From Octopus sinensis (Eukaryota): DNA of 64,000 nucleotides. Below the pieces are notes generated by a model, which saw nothing but the letters and a program-made list of their open reading frames with translations, had not been told where the DNA came from and searched no databases. The stretch lies in assembly GCF_006345805.1 (NCBI RefSeq), contig NC_042997.1, positions 171,058,001 to 171,122,000 of the forward strand. The letters are read 5' to 3'. A program made the position numbers and the translations under genes. Below, one piece after another: positions 25,374 through 35,700 of this stretch (position 1 is its first letter; every line of letters starts with the position of its first letter).

Positions 25374-25660
25374 AGGCGGCGAGCTGGCAGAAACGTTAGC
25401 ACGCCGGGCGAAATGCGTAGCCGTATTTCGTCTGCTGCCGTTACGTTCTGAGTTCAAATACCGCCGAGGTCGACCAAGGTGGGCAAGTGGGACTGAACCC
25501 GGAACCGTGTGGTTGGTAAGCAAGCTTTGGTAAGCAAGGCTTGGTCGGCCCAGGGCTATAGTAGAAGACACTTGCCCAAGGTGGGCAAGTGGGACTGAAC
25601 CCGGAACCGTGTGGTTGGTAAGCAAGCTACTTACCACACAGCCACTCCTGCGCCTATGTT
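25374..25660. mobile_element. chimeric SINE: family C head (+) fused to duplicated family B head fragments (-)
   Basis: C head 25374-25473; 53-bp unit CCAAGGTGGGCAAGTGGGACTGAACCCGGAACCGTGTGGTTGGTAAGCAAGCT at 25474-25526 and 25576-25628. Confidence 0.8.
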
Positions 25661-26685
25661 GATTATAAGATGCATATATATACATTACTAGTTAGATAGG
25701 TACACAATTACAAACAAAAGCAAATAGAGAGGGAGAGAGAAACGGACATAGACAGGCAGACGGAGTCAACAGGCAAGATGGCTGCAACAGATATCTCGTA
25801 CAAAATAATTGTTATAAGAAATTAAACACAACAAATGGCAAAATCATAAACGACGAAAGAAATGGGGGAAAAAACACCTCAAAAACAAAGAATTCAAGTT
25901 TGTCCATTATCTTTTTCGATGCCAAAATACATTTATCTACTTTCCCTTGCTACAACGCTGACTGAACGAACGGGAGAAAACAGGTGCAGGTGGATATATT
26001 TGTAAACGTAGAAGGCTAGGAATTTTTCAAGACGAGGATACTCAATTAAACCCTGCTAGGAGAATGAAAAGCGATGACTATCCCGACGACATTGAAAGTC
26101 AAAGGACAATAGATAGCAAATTTTGATTCCGGCCCCATGTATGTATCGTATTTACTCGTGTGAAATGTGAGAAATTTAATACAAAGGCATCAAGATGCAA
26201 GATTAGTGGGTAGCATCATACTAGAGAGCAAAACATTAAAAAAAAAAGCGAAAATACATTGATATTTAGATATATTCGAGATCACATTTGCGCCTTAGTA
26301 TTGAAGTTTTGAAGAGCTGGCTTAGTCAAACCCATCGACCTCAATACAGATAGTTTGTTTTGTCGACACTGAAAAGATGAAAAGCAAATCTGACCCCGGC
26401 GACATTTGATTTCATGGCGTGAAAAGCCGGAACAAATACTGCAAAACATGTGTTTCTGACACAGGCACAAGGCCTGATATTTGGGAGGATGTCGTCCATT
26501 AAATCGACCGCAGCGCTTGACTGGTTCTTTATTTTATCGAATCTTGTTGGTTGAAAGGTGAAATCGACCTCAGCAAGACTTGAAATCAGAAGATCACCAC
26601 AAGGAAATTAAACTGTCCTACGTTATTTTCTTTCTTCACTTGTACGAAAATATACATATGCAACAGATATACAGATAAATAAACA

Positions 26686-26686
26686 C

Positions 26687-26750
<64 letters not shown>
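26686..26750. repeat. (GATA)n microsatellite
   Basis: Direct reading; source of the YLSI-repeat ORFs. Confidence 0.95.
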
Positions 26751-26751
<1 letters not shown>

Positions 26752-27243
26752 GTATGCAGATAGAGCATACAGAGAAATATGATAGGACAGTGGGGTGTGA
26801 AGGGAGAAAGACAGAGATGACATAATTGATAAGGACCAACAACAGCAAAAGAAAAGCTAGCCATTCTTTATCTTGCTATTGGCATACGGCCGAGACATTT
26901 GTCTTCAACGACCTAGTCTACCCGGTTAAAGCATAGACAACATAACTAATGGTTGTAAATATTGTAAACTTGTTATTTAACTCTTTTCTTGATCGAACAG
27001 ATATGATGAGAAGCATTTCGGCAGTCAGGAATACATCATTAAGTGTCGTTTCCTTGTTGAAGACATGTGGTTTAACGAAGACATCGCTGCTATTACTTGT
27101 ATTTCAAGAAACTTGTCTGTCTATGTAAATACGTTCTTTGTTAGAACACATACGCATACATACACAAGTGCGTATCAGCATCTATATGTTAACTTGGCGT
27201 TTTGTAATTTTATATATAGATGTATAAATCGTAACTTGTTACG

Positions 27244-27389
27244 ATCTCTACAGATTTTCTTTAGAAATTATGGTCGGCACTGATTTTGTTACGACGCTAA
27301 CACAAGTAGAACACGGTGTGTCTCGGATACGAAAAACCGTAACAAAATCAGTGCTGGCTATAATTTTTAGATAGAAAATCTGTAGAGAT
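27244..27389. repeat. ~50-bp inverted repeat with 44-bp spacer
   Basis: Arms 27244-27293 and 27338-27389. Confidence 0.9.
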
Positions 27390-27546
27390 AACCTCCAACA
27401 AGAGACATAATAGCACTGCTAACACAGCAGAACATTCTTTACTTATAAAAAACGTTTATTATACTTTGTGGTAATATTATGGTTGCATAACGAAATACAG
27501 TGTCCATACAGGTCATTAATAATCGTATTCTTTTTACTCTTTTAAT

Positions 27547-27733
27547 TGTTTCAGTCAATTTGACTGAGGCCATGCTGGAGCACCGCATTTAGTCGAACAA
27601 ATCGACCCCAGGACTTATATTTTGTAAGCCTAGTACTTACTCTATCGATCTCCTTTGCTGAATCGTTAATTGACGGAGACATAAACTCACCAACATCAAG
27701 TGACGGTGGGTTGACAAACACAGACACACAAAC

Positions 27734-27800
<67 letters not shown>

Positions 27801-27962
27801 TATACGACGGGCTTCTATCAGTTTCTGTCTACCAAACCCACTCACAAGACTCAGGTTGGCCCGAGGCTATAGTAGAAGACACATGCCCAAGGTGCCACAC
27901 AGTAGGACTGAACCTGAACCATGTGATTGGTAAGCAAACTACTTACCACACAGCCACTCCTA
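27547..27962 (-). mobile_element. tRNA-headed SINE family B, full length
   Basis: Tail-to-head match with internal (CA)n(TA)n. Confidence 0.9.
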
Positions 27963-28262
27963 TATGCATTTTTAAAAATAGAAAATAGTCAAATGGTGTG
28001 TACCCATAACTTTGACACATCCTCCAAACTGAGATCAATAACGCTGACTGCGTGAGGTATGCTAGTGCAGTCTGGATGGCAAAATACAGCAAGAGTGATA
28101 AGGTGGGTGAGTGAGTCTATTCAGAGTGAGTTCAATCCACTAGTTCTAAAGAGCAGAGGCTAGTTTAGCAGGAGGTAGAGAGGAGAAACAATTACATATC
28201 TAATAAATGTATAGTGTTTTCACGCGAATGAGTGTGTGTATAATATATATATATTACCTTTC

Positions 28263-28590
28263 ACCTGTTTCAGTCTTTAGACTGTGGCCATGCAGAAGCA
28301 TTGAACTGAAGAATTTTAGTCAAACGAATTGGCACTAGTACTTATTTTCTTTTTAAGCATGGTACTTATTTTATCAGAATCTCTTGCCGAATCGCTAAGT
28401 TACACACCAGCACCAGTTGTCAAGCGGTGGTGGACAAATATACACAAACACACACACACAACAGGCTTCTTTCAGTTTCTCTCTACCAAATCCACTCACA
28501 AGGCTTTAGTAGACATTTGCCCAAGACATTTAGTAGAAGAAATTTGCCCACAGTGGGACTGAACCAGGAATCATGTGATTGGGAAGCAGT
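28263..28590 (-). mobile_element. SINE family B, diverged
   Basis: TGTTTCAGTC...CAGTGGGACTGAACC with deletions. Confidence 0.7.
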
Positions 28591-28894
28591 GCTCTGCAAG
28601 AAAGTTGTTTGATACCTGTAGTGATTGAATGTTTTGAAGTTTTGAAAGAGACAAGATTGTCATGGTCTCATTAAAAGATTCTCTCAAGACAGAAGTACAG
28701 TCCGGCATAAAGTATTTAGGTCATAGGTAAATTACATCTTTGACCATTAATGTACAGAATGGATTGTCAGGAACATATTTCAAAATATTGGAGTCCAACT
28801 GCAAACAGAATTGGGTCAAGAAGACTGTCAGCATTTTTTATAATATGATCTGGCAGATCTTTCAGTCCCACCCCCAAAAAAATATGAAAAAAAA

Positions 28895-29068
28895 AACACA
28901 GACACACACACACATATATGACAGGCTTCTTTCAGTTTTCATCTACCAAATCCACTCACAAGGCTTTGATCAGTCCAAGCTATAGTAGAAAACACTTGCC
29001 CAAGGTGCCACACAGTGGGACTGAATCCAGAACTATGGGGTTGGTATGCAAGCTACTTACCACAGAAC
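28895..29068 (-). mobile_element. SINE family B head half with essentially all CpGs converted to TpG/CpA
   Basis: ATGACAGGC for ACGACGGGC, TCATCT for CCGTCT, GATCAGTCCAAG for GGTCGGCCCGAG, CCACACAG for CCACGCAG. Confidence 0.8.
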
Positions 29069-29774
29069 CATAGTTTTAAAAAAAAATATTAACAGGATTT
29101 GTGAGTTATTTTATAATTAGGGTTCAACAAAAAATTGCTGAACCCTAATTATAATATATATAAGCATCTTATTTCTTTATTTCTAGTATGAATGCCATAT
29201 GTTCGATCAATCACTCTTAAGTAAAAAAAACCAATTACATCAGGAACTACAATCTTCAACTTAGAATGGTACATTCATTCACTCATTCATTATCATTTTA
29301 CAAGCAATCAGTCACTCCATTTCATTTCCTACAGATACACAAAGTCGTAAAATCTTGATAACATTTTACTTTTGAATTGCATCTTGACAGAGTCATATTT
29401 TAAATGTGCCATACACCCACACTATTGCAATGTTCATTCTCACCAATCATTAAAAAAGTTATCAAAAATGTTTGTCATGATACACTTTACAAGGAAGTCA
29501 CTGATTCCATTCAACCAAACAAGCTCCCTCCTTTAAGCTGTTTTAATTAACTCTTTATCGTTTAAACTATTGAAACTGGCCAGATCCAACCTCTCTCACC
29601 TCCTCTACAATGTAATTCTGAATATAAACAATTAAATCCTCAAAATTTTGAAGCTACAAGATAATTACATGATTAATTTTTTATAAATGTAGATAAATAA
29701 GTATTGCATGTGATAAATTAATGTGAATGTCAAAGCATTAGATGTTTTAAAAAAAGATTGAAAAATAGTTGAGA

Positions 29775-30160
29775 GCAGGAGTGGCTGTGTGTTAAATAGC
29801 TTGCTTACCAACCACATGGTTCTGGGTTCAGTCCTACTGCGTGGCATCTTGGGCAAGTGTCTTCTGCTATAGCCCCGGGCCGACCAATGCCTTGTGAGTG
29901 GATTTGGTAGACGGAAACTGAAAGAAGCCTGTCGTATATATGTATATATATATGTGTGTGTGTGTTTGTCCCCCTAGCATTGCTTGACAACCGATGCTGG
30001 TGTGTTTACGTCCCCATCACTTAGCGGTTCGGCAAAAGAGACCGATAAAATAAGTACTGGGCTTACAAAGAATAAGTCCCGGGGTCGATTTGTTCGACTA
30101 AAGGCGGTGCTCCAGCATGGCCGCAGTCAAATGACTGAAACAAGTAAAAGAGTAAAAGAG
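29775..30160 (+). mobile_element. tRNA-headed SINE family B, full length
   Basis: GGAGTGGCTGTGTG head, GGTTCAGTCC B-box, tail GACTGAAACAAGTAAAAGAGTAAAAGAG. Confidence 0.92.
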
Positions 30161-31439
30161 AAAGAGAGAGAGCAGTTTGTGGCTGCTGCTGTTGATGTTA
30201 CTGCCCAGGTCAGTTCTGGTTTGATTTAACTTATGATTAAAGCTGTCTTGTAAAAAATGATTGGTCTACAACATCAGATCAATTCAATAATACAGGATCA
30301 CTTCTTTCATTGATTTCAGACAAGTGAAAGGAAAATATGCTCCTCACACCCAAACGGTACAGAGTGTCTAAACATAAGACACAAGACCACATATTTTAGG
30401 TAGAGTGCTATATTTGATTAGATCAACTCCCAAAGGGATGAAAAGTGAAGATGACTCTCTACTGGAATTTCAACACTGAACATAATAGACGGCATAATCA
30501 TTAAAGTGCTGGATAAAATGCCTTGTGGCTTTTAGTTACGTTTGTTTATGTTCTGCATTCAAATCCCTTCCAATGAGACTCTGCTCTCTTTTATTCCAGG
30601 ATCAGGAAAATAAGTACCAATAGTAATAATATGCTGAAAGATTTATTCAGTCAATTTGTTGTTGTTTTTAGTCAGACATGTCTGTCTTCAGATTGTATCT
30701 TTGACAGCCCAGAGTCAAGTGAACTGCAAGGCTGGAGATCTGAAGTGAGAATGTTGCCAGACACTCTGTCTTGTATAAGTTGGGCAATGGGGTTGATAGA
30801 ACTTTTACATCAGCTTTCTATAGAGAACTACTGGTGGTGAAGCATGACAATGTTCTCAAAGAAACAGGGTGTTGATAAGAAGCTTCTAGCTGGTATGTTT
30901 TAGAGAGAGCTTTTGTCAGGGGACTATAATTAACCACCAGAAATTCTGAACTGATCTAACAGTGGAACAGGGACATGAAATACCATCAGCCAGGTCTGCA
31001 CTCACTTTGCTACCAAGCATTGCTGGTCTCAGTAGTTTTATTAGACAGCTACTGTCACATCAGGACAGACCCAGCTACTTGGCTATGAACAGAATAAAGA
31101 CTGCTCATTGCTTTCGTTTAGCTTTGAAAAGTAGGCAGTTTTCCAATGTCTAGTAATTATGAAGAAAAATATTGAATGGAGGATATAGAATGTGGGTTCC
31201 CCTTGAAGAAAAACAGAGGGTAGAGAGCGAAGTGCACCTAGCAGTAAATTTGTTGAAAGGCAAATGACACTACTCTCAACATGTGCCAATAAAATACACC
31301 TTGAAGGAGGCATTTGTTTTTCATAGTCAGAGTAAGCAGATTTGTGGGGTTCCTTGGTTGGCCTCAAATACTAGTTAACTTGGAACTCCATCATGTATAT
31401 ATATATTTATTCATACACACACACACCTATCTATCTATC

Positions 31440-31650
31440 TAAATGTGACCGCATGTGTACCGTTGGCGATTTTTTTCCTCTGTCTTCCCTTCTCTGGATC
31501 TTTCCTTTTCCTATGTTTCTGACGAAGAGCTCCGCTCGAAACGTAAAACCCTCCTTCTTCCCTTCCTTCCTGAACGTCCAATAATAGTATATTTGTTCCA
31601 CGTCCTCTCGTTGTTGTGTTTTCTCTTGGTGTTTTCATGTTTGGATTAAC
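31440..31650 (+). mobile_element. Penelope-like terminal-repeat fragment
   Basis: Carries the hammerhead motif and a T-rich tail ending in (TA)n; related motif at 17041 and 61876. Confidence 0.6.
31515..31549 (+). ncRNA. minimal type I hammerhead ribozyme motif (PLE-type)
   Basis: GTTT (stem I) CTGACGA A GAGC-TCC-GCTC (stem II) GAAA CGTA (palindromic ACGT stem III, GUA cleavage triplet) AAAC (stem I partner). Confidence 0.6.
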
Positions 31651-32670
31651 TATACATATATATATATATATATACACACACACATACATTTGTAAACATA
31701 AGTTTACTGAGTATACCATCACTTTTCATTCCTTCATTCAATTTCTTTGTCGTTCCAAACATTTTTTGCATCCAGTCTCTATAATGTCCACTCATCAAAC
31801 GCTTACTGTAGCAATAAGAAAAAACATTTAACAATATTAATTAAAATGCAATTATTACTATAATTATTAAACATCCTTATTAATCATTACCATCGCACAT
31901 TTACACAATACTTGCTAATTATCTGTAGGAAAATCCGATTCTCTAAAATGAATTAGTTAAAAGACACAATAAAAAAAGACATTTAAAAACAAATCATTGT
32001 ATTGTTAGTTACATCTTATTTAGTTGTGGTGGTAGTGATAATGAATTTAGTTGTTTTAAAGCACAAGGAGACGGTATGGAATTGGCCTTAATGATTTAGA
32101 CCCACGTTCAACGATTTTTCTATTGAGATTATCCTGTCCTTACTTCAGACATAATTTTTCAAGGCCTACACCAGCTAATGCGTCCTTTCTCTTTTGGAAT
32201 ATGAATGATTAGAGAAGAAACATGGCCGCCATCTGCAGATAGCTCAGTGACCAATTAGAGACTGGCTCGAATAGCGATCGTTGTTCAGTCTTGATTGTTA
32301 AAGGCATGCTGTCTTTATGCTTTTTTCTCATCCATAATTTATGTAACCAGGACTACATTGAACAATAAATTCTTTTTATTTTGTTTTGATAGATATGTTT
32401 GCTATTTTTAGCAAGTTCAACGACTATGTAGAGGTTCCGTGGTTGGTACGATGAATATTGAGAGTATGGTGCCGTTGTTTTTGACAGTGACAAATGTGTT
32501 AATAAAGACCAGTAATAGTATGTATGGAAAGGAACAGTGCTGTTGAGACAATTATCTGTTTTGTGTGTGTGTTACTATTTTCTACTTAATAATTCGATGG
32601 CCTTCAGTCTGTGTTTGCACATAAACACCGGTCTGTATTTAGATATATAAATATTGTATGATAAATACAC

Positions 32671-32730
<60 letters not shown>

Positions 32731-35700
32731 TAGTGTATTTATCATATAATATATATCGCAAGAATTATATGGTATAGACAATACGCGTGTGTGTGGATAC
32801 CAAAAGTAGAATACAAAATCCCGTCACAAATACACTACACAGTCGCCTATGTACACACGCACGCGCTATATACTTGTATAAATATATACTGGGCTGCATG
32901 TTTTGTTTGCGAAGAAATAAAACACGTGTGAGAGATCAGAAGTGGTGAAAATGTGGTGGTAACGGTGGATATTGAAAAACACAGGAAGTATCTAGTGATA
33001 AACGGCAGTTAAAAGCGGGGAGGGATTTTAAAAGAAAGAGTGAGAGAAGTGGACACGGCAAGAGATGGAGGAATAGCTAGTTAAATATATAAAAGCAGTA
33101 GAGGTGGTTGTTGAATGGTGACAGAAGGCAAGGGGGAACACATGAGAAGGGGAAAATGGTGAGTGAAAGGAAGGAGAGGACATGTGTAATGAGTATGTAG
33201 ACAGCAGGGAGGGTGGTTTAAAATAAATGGTTCGAGAGAGAGAAAGGGAACAGATTAAAAAGAATGTTAAGAAGGATAGAGAAAAATGTTACAAAAACAG
33301 ACTGATAAAAAGAGGTGGACAGACAGAAAGACAGATAGATAGAGGGAGAGAGAGAGCTATGGAAATTTAGAGGTGGACAAACGTCAGGTGAATAAAAAAA
33401 AAAGGAGTAGATAGAGAGAGAAAGAGTCCGCCGAGAAAAATGTATTATTGATTATTAATAAAGGAAAGATAGAAGAATCACAGAGGAGAAAAGAAAGAAA
33501 AAAAAAACGAACTAAATATAATCATGGAGAATGTGTGTGAAAAAAAAAATGAAGAAAAAAAGCTAAATGTGTAGGAAAAATATTATACGAGAAACTAACG
33601 ACAATAAGTAAAAGAAGTCCAGTAGGCAATATTTTCGAAGACAAGACTGGAGACAAACGGAAGCTTTGTTACAGAGAATTAGGCTTTCAAGTCCAAAAAC
33701 AACAATAATAGCACCATTCTCTCTGTAGACTGTGTATGGAAATTACATTAGACACAGCACAATGCGTATCTTACTTTTTTTAATTTTTCTTCATGTTTTG
33801 CCTGTAACACATTTACCCGAGGTTTATTATGATAATTGGAATACTTCAATCAGCTCCTAACGGAAAGGATTCTTTCTAGTTGTTCGTGACCCCTCCCCAC
33901 AAAGGAATTGCTATTCTTGCTGTTCAACTGACCTCCGGCTCGCAGCTTCGCGCGGGTTTTAAAGCCAATGAGCAAGGCTCTGGTGGGAATGTCAGCAATT
34001 TAGTAGCCGATCAAGATTGATGATTATTGTTCTTTATCCAAGGCGGGACTCATGGATCAGACCTATGATGAGACAATATTTTATTTATGCTATCGTATTA
34101 TTATGCAAGGACTACATTATCCAGTGATCTTTCTCTGTAAGTTCGTCAAACAGCCTATGAATAATTCCACTGGTGACGGATGTCTACAAACAACAAATTT
34201 GACATTCATCTGGGATTAGACATTACTACCCTATATTATTATTTGCTTTCTCTGGATTTGAACTAAAAGACAGTTTGTGAAGGAATAAATCATTCGGAAT
34301 TCGGTGAAAAATCTGGTAATGTGTGTGTATATTTTCAATTATACACCCATAATATATATATATATATACATTAAACCCCATCCTTTCTCATGAGGAATGG
34401 GGATTTCAAATCATAATAATATTCAACTGCTATACATTTGATCTGACAATAGCTGTATCCCTTTTGCAGATCAATAACTCTGAAAGTTACTAACATATCC
34501 GAAATACCAATTTAGTACTTTTACTCTATTATTAGCGATTATCGTTATCAGACATTTTACGCACTTATATCAAAAGATCATCCATTATATAATGACTTTA
34601 ATATATATTTTTAAAGTTGTGATTCAAAGATAATCTGTTTACTATTTCTGGCAGATTGAACGACTACACGGAAAATCCTTAGTTTGCTCTCTACGATGAA
34701 ATTTACTTAAACAGACTTATACGAAGGTGATCAACTGAGAAAGAATAGTATCGCTCTTCACGAGTAAAGGGTGACGATACCCAAAGGAATAAAAACATGG
34801 CAGCATCACATCTGAGTAAAGTCCTGTTACCTATAAATGTAATATTTTTGGAGGGAACAGGAACAAGGGACACTAAATGCTTCTTTGTGTAAATTAGTTA
34901 CGATCGTTTTGGAAACAAGTGGAATTATTATATCAATCAAAATGCTGGATCATACACATATAGTGCTGAAGTATTGGCTTGGAGTTCTTGAATGTCCAAG
35001 ATTTGGATAAAAACTATTTAGTGCTTTCGTCCTTTCAGGGATTCAGTCAAGATGACTATACAAGTGGAATCAGCTTCACCCTATTAAGTTTCGAAGTCTC
35101 TGTTTCCGAAAATTTGACGAGGTGAGCGTGTCCTACGCGTCCACTGAACTCCAGTTCCCCTAATACCAGATGCAGTTTAAAGTATTTTGAGGCGAGTGGA
35201 ACCACCTCTTAACCACTCTTGTTTCCAGCTCTACTCTGAACAGGAGATACAGTATCTGTTAGGGCTCCAGCTCACATGTGTATCAATGGGAATGAAAGAT
35301 TCCTAATTCCCGTTAGAACTTCCTTCTAGAAGATAAACTTGTATAAAAAAACAAACAAAAAAACCTGAAGTGCGGTTGGCTTCTGGTCATCTCTATCCTT
35401 TGATGTGCCACTTGGTAATTGCACTGAAAAATGGGTCTAGTGCTGTGCAACACTTTATTCACTCAAAACAAATCCACGCACAAGAACTTCTTGGATTTTC
35501 CGAACGTTTGCACGCAGTGGGACTGAACCCAGAACTACGTGGTCGGGACACAGCCACACCGGAGTCTATACATACATACACGCTGCCCTTTACACCTTGT
35601 CACCAAGCAGTTTATTTAGAGGTTAATTATATTTTATAAATGATACTACTCATTAACTGAATAATTTCTATTATTTTACCTCATACTCGATAAAACCTCA

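Noticed and set aside
29775-29850. tRNA-like A/B boxes here and in other SINE heads as tRNA genes
   Set aside because: No complete cloverleaf; always followed by SINE body and tail.
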